Of a DNA stretch of 64,000 nt, positions 44,008 to 52,193 are shown one piece after another; positions within the stretch are counted from its first letter, which is position 1; every line of letters starts with the position of its first letter. This DNA comes from an uncultured Clostridia bacterium. GTDB taxonomy: Bacteria; Bacillota; Clostridia; Christensenellales; CAG-917. The DNA is taken from positions 1,445 through 65,444 of the forward strand of contig CASDRL010000068.1 of NCBI GenBank assembly GCA_949283145.1, read 5' to 3'. Below the pieces are notes generated by a model that ran no database searches, was not told the origin of the DNA, and saw only the letters and a program-made list of their open reading frames with translations. A program made the translations under genes and the position numbers.

Positions 44008-45147
44008 TTATCTGAAAATGTTCTGCACGAAGGTTTTGAGTGCGCCGCGCCAGACGGAGGGGGAGTGCATCCCGAAGACGCTCTCGAATGTATATTCCAC
44101 GCCTATCGCGTCCAGCTTGTCACAAATGCCGCTGCTGACGGGGGCGAGGGTGTCCAGGTTGCCCACCGTGATCTGTACATAGCGGAAGCCGTCCGAGCCC
44201 TCGTCGAGGGTGAAATCGGGGACATAGGTCGAAGATGAGACCACGTCTTCGCCGAAAGAGGCGGAGGAGAACGCGCCCACCCATCCGAAGACGTCCTGAT
44301 AGTCGAACGCGGTGAGCATCGCCTCTCTGCCGCCCATGGAATAGCCCGCGATGGCGGTGTTGTCCTTGTCGGTCAGAGTGGAGTAGTGCGAGTTGATGTA
44401 GGGCATGAGGCATTCCACGATGTCCCTGCCCGTGAGGTCATAGGTCTCGGCGAGTTCGGGCGGAGCGGAGGGCGGGAGCATGCTCCATTCGGGCTCCGTT
44501 TCCGTGGCGTTGACGAGGCTGTTGACGCACACCACGATCATCTCCGGCGTGCCGTCGAAATAGCAGGCGTTCTGCACGATGTACTGCGCGCCCATGGGGA
44601 GACCGTATACGCCGTCCAGCCAGGAATATTCGTCGCTCATCAGCCCGTGCAGCAGATAGAGCACGGGATAGCGCTTGGCGGGGTCGTAGTCGGGAGGGAG
44701 GACGACATTGGCGTGCTTGTCCGCGCCCGCGACGGAAGAGTAGTAGGTGATGTGCTCGATCTCTTCGCCTTCGGTGTAATCGTATCCCGCGACGGCTGTA
44801 TTGTAGGAGAGGGGCTTGAAAACCGCATCCGTCTCATAGAGCACGGTGCCGTCGAGCTTGACGGTGATGCCGAACTCTCCCTCAAGAGAGAAGCAATTTA
44901 TCCTGCCGTCCTCGTCGGGAGACAGGGTCACGGTCTCGCCCGTCCGCCCCGTAAACTCGGCGGTGAGTGAAGACGCGGTCGCTCCGCAGGAGCAGGAATA
45001 GGTCAAAAGCACCTCGCGGTCATCTTCGGACACGGTGCATACGATGTCCGTCTCGTGGGTGTGTTTCTCGTTGCAGGCGGAAAGCAGAGCCGCCGTGAGA
45101 GCGAGGGTCAGGATCAAAATGAAAATAACGACGCACGGTCTTTTCAT
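44008..45147 (-). CDS. Secreted esterase-family lipoprotein
   Basis: 379 aa from MKRPCVVIFILILTLALTAALLSAC (lipobox), with a GGAGG RBS. YPVLYLLHG and GYSMGG (GxSxG) are typical of the putative-esterase/CE1-like family. Confidence 0.75.
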   Translation of the reverse strand: MKRPCVVIFILILTLALTAALLSACNEKHTHETDIVCTVSEDDREVLLTYSCSCGATASSLTAEFTGRTGETVTLSPDEDGRINCFSLEGEFGITVKLDGTVLYETDAVFKPLSYNTAVAGYDYTEGEEIEHITYYSSVAGADKHANVVLPPDYDPAKRYPVLYLLHGLMSDEYSWLDGVYGLPMGAQYIVQNACYFDGTPEMIVVCVNSLVNATETEPEWSMLPPSAPPELAETYDLTGRDIVECLMPYINSHYSTLTDKDNTAIAGYSMGGREAMLTAFDYQDVFGWVGAFSSASFGEDVVSSSTYVPDFTLDEGSDGFRYVQITVGNLDTLAPVSSGICDKLDAIGVEYTFESVFGMHSPSVWRGALKTFVQNIFR

Positions 45148-45246
45148 ATATGCCTCCGTCCGCCGATCCCTTAAGCAGTTAAAATTATAATACTTGTCGT
45201 CCGAGAATGCAACAATGTGCAAAAATAAACACACAAAAACGATACA

Positions 45247-45480
45247 TCAGTAGTCTTTTCTGCCCACCAGATAGTCGATGTCGACGTTGAAGTAGTCCGC
45301 GAGCAGCCACAGGCTCCTTATGCTCGGTTCCTTTTTGCCGAGCAGCCACGCGCTGATCGTGTTCTGCCTGAGCCCCACTTTTTCGGCGAGCGCGACCTGA
45401 GTGAGACTGTTCTCCCTCATGAGCTCCTTTATGCGCGCCGCCACTTGGATGGGGACGCTTTTGTTCTCTTCGGTGTACAT
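45247..45480 (-). CDS. XRE-family HTH transcriptional regulator
   Basis: 77 aa. The HTH is LTQVALAEKVGLRQNTISAWLLGKKEPSIRSLWLLADYF. Confidence 0.85.
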   Translation of the reverse strand: MYTEENKSVPIQVAARIKELMRENSLTQVALAEKVGLRQNTISAWLLGKKEPSIRSLWLLADYFNVDIDYLVGRKDY

Positions 45481-45727
45481 AACATCCTCATTATAGCACC
45501 ATGGGAGTAGAAAAGCAACGGAAACATTTTATGCCAGCCCGGCATTCCGGTTTGGCATTCCGGACCGAAACAAGACAAACGTAACAAGATCAACGGACAT
45601 AAAGTGATCCTTACCGGGGTTTTTCGGACGGACAAGGGAAACGGAGCGGCGATTTTATGCGGCGCCCTCCCTCGGTTGGTGTTGCGAAACGCTCCGCCGT
45701 GTGCTAAGATAAAAATAAGGAGCGCTT

Positions 45728-46366
45728 ATGCAGATCAACATCAAGAGTACGACGGGTCCCGTCGGAGCAGTCACAAAATGCGGAAACGTGCGGGTGAGAA
45801 AGACCGTCTTCTCGATCGTGCTCATCTTCGGAGCGCTGGTCATCCTCGCGGCATTCATCTCCTTCATCGCCCTCAGTGCGACCGCGGGCAGGGGATTCGG
45901 CTCCCGTATGCAATACATCTTCATCCCCTTTGCGGTGTTCGGCGCGTGCGCCGTGACCATGCCTTTCCTCTTCACCATGCGTGCGCGCTATTCACAGCTC
46001 GTTGCGCTCGCGGACAGGATCGCGGCAAAGGACGCCACGGTAATTGCATCTCTTGCACCGGTGCAGACCGTCACCGCCTTCGAGGCAATGAAGATCACTG
46101 TAGGAGCGCTCATTGCGGGCGGGTCGCTCCCCGGCTATGAGATCGTCGGCGAAGTGGTGGCAAAGAGCTCGCTCTCACTCTCGGAGGAGAAGGCGAAGGA
46201 AATGTACGACGAGTTCATCGCGCTCGCGCTCCCGTCCGCCGCTGCGCTCAATATGGCAAAGGAGCAGGCGTCGCCGCTTCCGCGCTATTGCCCCTCATGC
46301 GGAGCGCCCGTGACAGACGAGGGGGCTAAGTTCTGCGAATCCTGCGGGGTGAAGCTCCGGGACTGA
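45728..46366 (+). CDS. Membrane protein with C-terminal zinc-ribbon
   Basis: 212 aa with two predicted TM helices (VFSIVLIFGALVILAAFISFIAL; IFIPFAVFGACAVTMPFLF). The C-terminus is CPSCGAPVTDEGAKFCESCG. AAGGAG RBS. Confidence 0.7.
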   Translation: MQINIKSTTGPVGAVTKCGNVRVRKTVFSIVLIFGALVILAAFISFIALSATAGRGFGSRMQYIFIPFAVFGACAVTMPFLFTMRARYSQLVALADRIAAKDATVIASLAPVQTVTAFEAMKITVGALIAGGSLPGYEIVGEVVAKSSLSLSEEKAKEMYDEFIALALPSAAALNMAKEQASPLPRYCPSCGAPVTDEGAKFCESCGVKLRD

Positions 46367-46568
46367 ACGTATTCCGGTCCGGTATGCCCTCGGCGCGGAT
46401 GAACAAATGGTCCGCCCATACGAGACCTGACAAGCGTCTCCGCTTGTGAGGTAAAACCGATATTTGACAAGCGTAATACGAGGGTACACCATGTTGTGCC
46501 CTCGCGCGCGTGATATACAATATGTTCAAAATGTATGCTCAAAACTTTGAAAAAGGGCATTCAACTTT

Positions 46569-46597
46569 TTGACATCGCATTCCCGATAGTGTATCAT
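46569..46597 (+). promoter_or_regulatory. Putative sigma70-type promoter of the purine operon
   Basis: Consensus TTGACA, 17-nt spacer, TATCAT. It lies about 180 nt upstream of the purE ATG. Confidence 0.6.
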
Positions 46598-46614
46598 AAG
46601 ACCATGCAAATTTT

Positions 46615-46741
46615 GTACGGCGCGGTTTTCGTAAGAGGATGCATCCTGTCCCGCTCCCAGCGGGGGCAGGCATTCGCGGGGATTTTGCGTCCGTACGCAG
46701 TGTGACATTCGGCAGTTTTGCGTGAGCAGGCTGCCTTTTTT
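46615..46741 (+). promoter_or_regulatory. Structured pur-operon leader: three-way-junction-like element plus intrinsic terminator (unclassified riboswitch or attenuator candidate)
   Basis: A closing helix gtacggcgc (46615-23) / gcg-t-ccgtac (46687-96) encloses the hairpins aggatgcatcct and cctgtcccgc-tccca-gcgggggcagg. A terminator hairpin follows at 46711-46735 (GTGA loop) with a T6 run. The segment acgcag (46695-700) can alternatively pair with ttgcgt in the terminator 5' arm. Confidence 0.5.
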
Positions 46742-46775
46742 GAAAGTTTCCGCACCCTATGCGGAGGAGGGATCT

Positions 46776-47279
46776 ATGAAGAAAATTGCGGTCATCATGG
46801 GCAGCGACAGCGATCTTCCCGTCGTGGGCAAAGCCATCGACACGGTGAAGTCATTCGGAGTGGAGTGCGAGGCGCACGTCTTTTCCGCGCACCGCACACC
46901 CGCGGAGGCTAAGGCTTTTGCCGAGAGCGCAGAGGAGAACGGCTTCGGCGTCATCATCGCGGCGGCGGGCATGGCGGCGCACCTTGCGGGTGCGATCGCG
47001 GCGTCCACCACGCTTCCCGTCATCGGCATCCCCGTGCGCGGCGGCATGCTGGATGGTTTGGACGCGCTGCTTTCCACGGTGCAGATGCCTCCCGGCATCC
47101 CCGTCGCGACCGTCGGAGTGGACGGCGCGGTGAACGCGGGTCTCCTTGCGGTGGAGATCCTCGCCGTTTCGGAGCCCGAACTCAAAGAAAAACTCAAAGC
47201 CAAGCGCGCCGCCGACAAGGCGAAAGTGCTGGCGAAGGACGCCGCTCTTGAAGAAAAACTCGCGGCGATGAGAGGCTGA
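46776..47279 (+). CDS. purE: N5-carboxyaminoimidazole ribonucleotide mutase
   Basis: 167 aa from MKKIAVIMGSDSDLPV. The class I-type SAHRTP motif is present. GGAGGAGGG RBS. The track start at 46722 lies inside the leader terminator and was rejected. Confidence 0.9.
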   Translation: MKKIAVIMGSDSDLPVVGKAIDTVKSFGVECEAHVFSAHRTPAEAKAFAESAEENGFGVIIAAAGMAAHLAGAIAASTTLPVIGIPVRGGMLDGLDALLSTVQMPPGIPVATVGVDGAVNAGLLAVEILAVSEPELKEKLKAKRAADKAKVLAKDAALEEKLAAMRG

Positions 47280-47280
47280 T

Positions 47281-48315
47281 ATGGAAAAATCTTACAGCGA
47301 GAGCTACAAGCAGGCGGGCGTGGACATCACCGCGGGTTATAAGGCGGTGGAGCTCATGAAGAAGCACATCGCGCGCACCGTCACGGCGGGAGCGGCGAGC
47401 GACATCGGCGGGTTCGGCGGGCTGTTCGAGCTCGACCTTACGGGCATGACCCGTCCCGTCCTCGTCAGCGGCACGGACGGTGTGGGCACCAAGCTCAAAT
47501 ATGCTTTCATGCTGCAAAAGCACGACACCATCGGCATCGACTGCGTGGCAATGTGCGTCAACGACGTCATCTGCTGCGGTGCGAAGCCCCTCTTTTTCCT
47601 GGACTACATCGCGTGCGGCAAGAATGTGCCGGAGCGCATCGCGTCCATCGTCGCCGGTGTGGCGGAAGGCTGCGTGCAGGCGGGAGCGGCGCTCATAGGC
47701 GGCGAGACCGCGGAGATGCCGGGCTTCTATCCCGAGGACGAATACGATCTTGCGGGGTTTGCCGTGGGCGTGGTCGACCGCGCCAAAGTGCTGGACAATT
47801 CCACTGTGAAGGCGGGGGACGCCGTCATCGCGCTGCCGTCCTCCGGAGTGCATTCCAACGGGTTCTCGCTGGTGAGGAAGATCTTTGACGGCAGAGAACT
47901 GATGCTGCCCGTTGCGGAGCTCGGTGGTAAGAGCCTGGGAGAAGCTCTGCTCACCCCCACCAAGATATACGTCAAACCTATGCTCGCGCTCTTCGAGGCG
48001 GTGAAAGTGAAGGCGGTCTCCCACATCACGGGCGGCGGCTTTTACGAGAACATCCCGAGGAGCATCCCCAAGGGCTTCGGCGCCAAGATCGACAAGTCCG
48101 CACTGCGCATACTGCCCGTGTTCGACATCATCAAAAGAGAAGGGAACGTCCCGGAGCGCGATATGTTCAACACCTTCAACATGGGCGTCGGCATGAGCGT
48201 CGTGGTCGCGGCGGAGGACGCGGAAAAGGCGCTCTCCGTGCTGAGAGCGGCGGGTGAGGACGCCTACGTCATCGGCGAGGTGGTCGCATCGGAAGACGGA
48301 GTGATCATCAAATGA
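47281..48315 (+). CDS. purM: Phosphoribosylformylglycinamidine cyclo-ligase (AIR synthetase)
   Basis: 344 aa. SYKQAGVDITAGYKAVELMK... and GGFGGLF are the PurM signature. Confidence 0.9.
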   Translation: MEKSYSESYKQAGVDITAGYKAVELMKKHIARTVTAGAASDIGGFGGLFELDLTGMTRPVLVSGTDGVGTKLKYAFMLQKHDTIGIDCVAMCVNDVICCGAKPLFFLDYIACGKNVPERIASIVAGVAEGCVQAGAALIGGETAEMPGFYPEDEYDLAGFAVGVVDRAKVLDNSTVKAGDAVIALPSSGVHSNGFSLVRKIFDGRELMLPVAELGGKSLGEALLTPTKIYVKPMLALFEAVKVKAVSHITGGGFYENIPRSIPKGFGAKIDKSALRILPVFDIIKREGNVPERDMFNTFNMGVGMSVVVAAEDAEKALSVLRAAGEDAYVIGEVVASEDGVIIK

Positions 48316-48929
48316 GCGGGAAGAAGATCGCGGTCGCCGTGCTCGTCTCGGGCGGCGGCACCAATCTGCAAGCCATCCTCGACGCGGAAAAGAGGGGAGA
48401 GCTCCCTCACGCCGAGGTGAAAGCCGTGGTCTCTTCGCGGGCGGACGCCTACGCGCTCGAACGCGCAGCAAAAGCCGGCGTCGCGGCTTTCGTCGCCGAA
48501 CGCAAGAGCTGCGCCTCGCAGGAAGAGTTCGAGAGGAAGATCGAGGACGCCATCGCGAGCGTGGGGGCGGAGATCATCGTGCTCGCGGGGTTCATGAGCA
48601 TACTGTCCGCGGATTTCACCTCGCGCTATCCCGAGCGCATCATCAACGTGCACCCCTCCCTCATCCCGAAGTTCTGCGGGAAAGGCTTTTACGGGCTCAA
48701 AGTGCACGAGGCGGTGCTCGCCGCGGGCGAGAAGGTGACGGGCGCGACCGTGCACTACGTCAACGAGATCCCCGACGGCGGCAGGATCATTTTTCAGAAG
48801 GAAGTGGCGGTGAAGGAGGGCGACACCCCCGAGACGCTGCAAAGAAGAGTTATGGAAGAGGCGGAGTGGAAGCTGCTCCCGCGCGCGGTGGAGCTCACCG
48901 CGGAGAGGATCGCGGCGGAACGCGCCTAA
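48312..48929 (+). CDS. purN: Phosphoribosylglycinamide formyltransferase
   Basis: 205 aa. IAVLVSGGGTNLQAILD and NVHPSLIP motifs. It overlaps the purM stop. Confidence 0.9.
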   Translation: MSGKKIAVAVLVSGGGTNLQAILDAEKRGELPHAEVKAVVSSRADAYALERAAKAGVAAFVAERKSCASQEEFERKIEDAIASVGAEIIVLAGFMSILSADFTSRYPERIINVHPSLIPKFCGKGFYGLKVHEAVLAAGEKVTGATVHYVNEIPDGGRIIFQKEVAVKEGDTPETLQRRVMEEAEWKLLPRAVELTAERIAAERA

Positions 48930-48945
48930 TGTACAGGAGACAACA

Positions 48946-49677
48946 ATGAGCATCTACGACATCAACGATCTTAACGCCCTTCTCGCGGGCAACGCATATC
49001 CCGGCAGGGGCATCGTCATCGGCAAGTCCGCGGACGGAAAACACGCCGTGTTCGCCTATTTCATCATGGGCAGGAGCGAGAACAGCCGCAACCGCGTCTT
49101 CGTGGAGAGGGAGAACGAACTCACCATCTATCCCTACGACGAGAGCAAGGTGGAGGATCCTTCCCTCATCATCTATTCCCCCGTCAAGCGTGTGTGGAAC
49201 AAGTGGATCGTCACCAACGGCGATCAGACGGACACCGTCGAGGCGGCGCTGCTTGCGGGCGACAGCTTTGAGAGCGCTCTCGAAAGGCGGGAGTTTGAGC
49301 CCGACGCGCCCAATTTCACCCCCCGCATAAGCGGGCTCATCGACCTTGAAAGCAAGTTCCGCTACAAGCTCTCCATCTTAAAGAGCGCGGACGCGGAGGG
49401 GAGCGCATGCAACCGCTTCTCCTTCTCCTACGAGCCGCTGAACGGACTGGGACATTTCATCCACACCTACAACTCGGACGGGAACCCCATCCCCACTTTT
49501 ACGGGGGAGCCCGAGCGCGTCGCGATAGGCTCCGACCTTACGGAGTTCGCAAACGGCGTCTGGGAGAACCTGAACGCCGCGAACAAGATCGCGCTCTATG
49601 TCGGTTTCATCGATCTCAAAACATTCAGAGTGAAGACGGCGCTCTTCAACAAGCACGTCAAAGAGGAGAAAAAATGA
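48946..49677 (+). CDS. IMP cyclohydrolase (stand-alone, PurO-like)
   Basis: 243 aa. NAYPGRGIVIGKSADGKHAVFAYFIMGRSENSRNRVF is typical of the stand-alone IMP cyclohydrolase family found in Clostridia. It precedes the AICARFT-only gene. Confidence 0.75.
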   Translation: MSIYDINDLNALLAGNAYPGRGIVIGKSADGKHAVFAYFIMGRSENSRNRVFVERENELTIYPYDESKVEDPSLIIYSPVKRVWNKWIVTNGDQTDTVEAALLAGDSFESALERREFEPDAPNFTPRISGLIDLESKFRYKLSILKSADAEGSACNRFSFSYEPLNGLGHFIHTYNSDGNPIPTFTGEPERVAIGSDLTEFANGVWENLNAANKIALYVGFIDLKTFRVKTALFNKHVKEEKK

Positions 49678-50855
49678 AGGAATTCGAGCTCAAATACGGC
49701 TGCAACCCCAATCAGAAGCCCGCACGCATCTTCATGCACGACGGCAGGGAACTCCCCGTGGAGATCCTGAACGGCAGACCCGGATATATCAACTTCCTGG
49801 ACGCTTTCAACAGCTGGCAGCTGGTGAAGGAGCTCAAAGAGGCGACGGGAGAGTGCTGCGCCACTTCCTTCAAGCACGTGAGCCCCACCTCCGCGGCGCT
49901 GGGCAGACCCCTCGGCGACAGGCTGAAAAAGGCGTGCTTCGTGGATGACATCGAGGGCTTGGACGAGAGCCCCGTCGCCTGCGCATACGCAAGAGCGCGC
50001 GGCACGGACAGGATGTCCTCTTTCGGCGATTGGATCGCCCTCTCCGACGAGTGCGACGCCACCTGCGCAAAGATTATATCGCGCGAAGTGTCCGACGGCA
50101 TCATCGCTCCCGCTTATACCCCCGAGGCTCTCGACATCCTGCGCGCAAAGCGCAAGGGCGCATACAACATCGTGAAGGTGGACCCCCTCTACGTCCCCGA
50201 CCCCGTGGAGCGCAAGCAGGTGTTCGGTGTGACTTTCGAGCAGGGCAGGAATGATTTCAGGATCGACCGCGAACTACTGAAGAACGTCGTCACCGAAAAG
50301 CCACTCCCGCACGACGCGGAGACAGACCTCATCGTCGCGCTCATCACCCTCAAATATACGCAGTCCAATTCCGTGGCGTTCGCCGAAGACGGACAGGCGA
50401 TCGGCGTGGGCGCAGGACAGCAGTCCCGCATCCATTGCACCCGTCTTGCCGGACAGAAAGCGGACCTCTGGCACCTCAGACAGCACGATAAAGTGCTTTC
50501 TCTGCAATTTGCCGAGGGTGTGGGCAGACCGGAAAAGAACAACATCATCGACATCTATCTCTCCGATGAAAGCGAGGACGTCATCGGCGAGGACGTGTGG
50601 AGGAAGTATTTCGCCGTCCGTCCCGAGGAGTTTACAAGGGAGGAGAAGAGGGCATATCTCGACACCCTCACCGGAGTCTCCCTCGGCTCCGACGCATTCT
50701 TCCCCTTTGACGACAACATCGTCCGCGCGAGGAAGAGCGGCGTGTCCTATGTCGCGGAGCCCGGCGGATCCGTGCGCGACGACATCGTCATCGACACCTG
50801 CAACAAGCTCGGCATCGCGATGGCGTTCACCGGGATGCGTCTCTTCCATCATTGA
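49674..50855 (+). CDS. purH: AICAR formyltransferase (PurH-like, transformylase-only)
   Basis: 393 aa from MKEFELKYGCNPNQKPARIF, with an ATGA overlap with the upstream gene. The C-terminal part is AICARFT-like (GSDAFFPF, GGSVRD). The track start at 49407 was rejected. Confidence 0.8.
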   Translation: MKEFELKYGCNPNQKPARIFMHDGRELPVEILNGRPGYINFLDAFNSWQLVKELKEATGECCATSFKHVSPTSAALGRPLGDRLKKACFVDDIEGLDESPVACAYARARGTDRMSSFGDWIALSDECDATCAKIISREVSDGIIAPAYTPEALDILRAKRKGAYNIVKVDPLYVPDPVERKQVFGVTFEQGRNDFRIDRELLKNVVTEKPLPHDAETDLIVALITLKYTQSNSVAFAEDGQAIGVGAGQQSRIHCTRLAGQKADLWHLRQHDKVLSLQFAEGVGRPEKNNIIDIYLSDESEDVIGEDVWRKYFAVRPEEFTREEKRAYLDTLTGVSLGSDAFFPFDDNIVRARKSGVSYVAEPGGSVRDDIVIDTCNKLGIAMAFTGMRLFHH

Positions 50856-50863
50856 GGTGTAAA

Positions 50864-52135
50864 ATGAAGATCCTTGTGGTCGGCTCCGGCGGCAGAGAGC
50901 ACGCCGTCATCAAAGCCCTGAAACGCAGCCCCGAGGCGGAGGAGATCTTCATCCTTCCCGGCAACGGAGGCATTGCCGCGGACGCCGTTTGCGTCAACAT
51001 CGGCGCAAAGGACATCGAGGGCATCGCGAAGTTTGCAAAAGAGAACGGCATAGATTACGCCGTCGTCACCCCGGACGATCCCCTCGTGCTCGGCGCCGTG
51101 GACGCGCTGGAAGGCGTGGGCGTGCCCTGTTTCGGTCCCCGTGCGAACGCCGCCATCATAGAAGGCAGCAAGGCGTTTTCCAAGGAACTCATGAAAAAGT
51201 ACGGCATCCCCACCGCGCGTTATGAGACCTTTGAGGACGAAAGCGCGGCGGAGAGATATATCGACGCTCTTCCCGATGGCAACATCGTCGTCAAGGCGGA
51301 CGGTCTCGCTCTCGGCAAGGGCGTCATCATCGCGGAGAGCAGGGAAGAGGCGAAAGCCGCCGTTCGCTCCATGATGCTGGACGGCAAGTTCGGCGCGAGC
51401 GGCAGCCGCGTGGTCATCGAAGAATTCCTGACCGGTCCCGAGGTCTCCGTCCTCTCCTTTACGGACGGCGAGACGGTGGTGCCCATGGTGTCATCTATGG
51501 ACCACAAGCGCGCCCTCGACGGCGACAAGGGGCTGAACACGGGCGGTATGGGCGTCGTCGCGCCCAACCCCTACTATACGGACGAGATCGCGGCGGAGTG
51601 CATGGAAAAGATCTTTCTCCCCACCGTCCGCGCAATGAAAGCGGAGGGGCGCACCTTCCGCGGCTGTCTCTATTTCGGGCTGATGATCACCCCGGACGGA
51701 CCCAAGGTGATCGAATACAACTGCCGTTTCGGCGACCCCGAGACGCAGGCGGTGCTGCCCCTTCTTGAAAGCGACCTGCTCACCGTCATGCGCGCCTGCA
51801 CGGACGGCACCCTGAGCGATGTCGAAGTGCGCTTCTCGAAAAAGGCGTCCTGCTGCCTGGTCAAGGCGTCCGCAGGCTATCCGGAAAAGTACGAGACGGG
51901 TTTCCCGATCACGGTCGAAAGCGGGCTCGACGCCGAGCTCTACATCGCGGGCGCGAAACTCTCGGACGGCGCATTGCTGACTGCGGGCGGCAGAGTGCTG
52001 GGCGTCACTGCCGTCGCCGACACGCTCCCCGAGGCGGTGGAGAAAGCGTACCGCGAAGGGGAGAAGGTGCACTTTCTCAACGAGTTCTTCCGCCACGATA
52101 TCGGGGCGAGGGCGCTTGCCGCAAAACGCGGTTGA
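50864..52135 (+). CDS. purD: Phosphoribosylamine-glycine ligase
   Basis: 423 aa. MKILVVGSGGREHAVIKAL is the PurD signature, on an ATP-grasp core. Confidence 0.9.
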   Translation: MKILVVGSGGREHAVIKALKRSPEAEEIFILPGNGGIAADAVCVNIGAKDIEGIAKFAKENGIDYAVVTPDDPLVLGAVDALEGVGVPCFGPRANAAIIEGSKAFSKELMKKYGIPTARYETFEDESAAERYIDALPDGNIVVKADGLALGKGVIIAESREEAKAAVRSMMLDGKFGASGSRVVIEEFLTGPEVSVLSFTDGETVVPMVSSMDHKRALDGDKGLNTGGMGVVAPNPYYTDEIAAECMEKIFLPTVRAMKAEGRTFRGCLYFGLMITPDGPKVIEYNCRFGDPETQAVLPLLESDLLTVMRACTDGTLSDVEVRFSKKASCCLVKASAGYPEKYETGFPITVESGLDAELYIAGAKLSDGALLTAGGRVLGVTAVADTLPEAVEKAYREGEKVHFLNEFFRHDIGARALAAKRG

Positions 52136-52193
52136 GCGTGTAAATTCATGCGATAAACATCCTTTTGGCGTGCAGACGCCGTACGGAGGAGAT

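Noticed and set aside
46605-46741. Assigning the pur leader to the guanine/adenine, ZTP (pfl), PRPP/ppGpp (ykkC subtype 2) or THF riboswitch classes.
   Set aside because: I could not find the conserved junction or core sequences of these classes as I remember them. Only vague resemblance to THF (GCGCGG..GCAUCC, UUCGCG) appears, and in the wrong order. It needs a covariance-model scan, so it is left unclassified.
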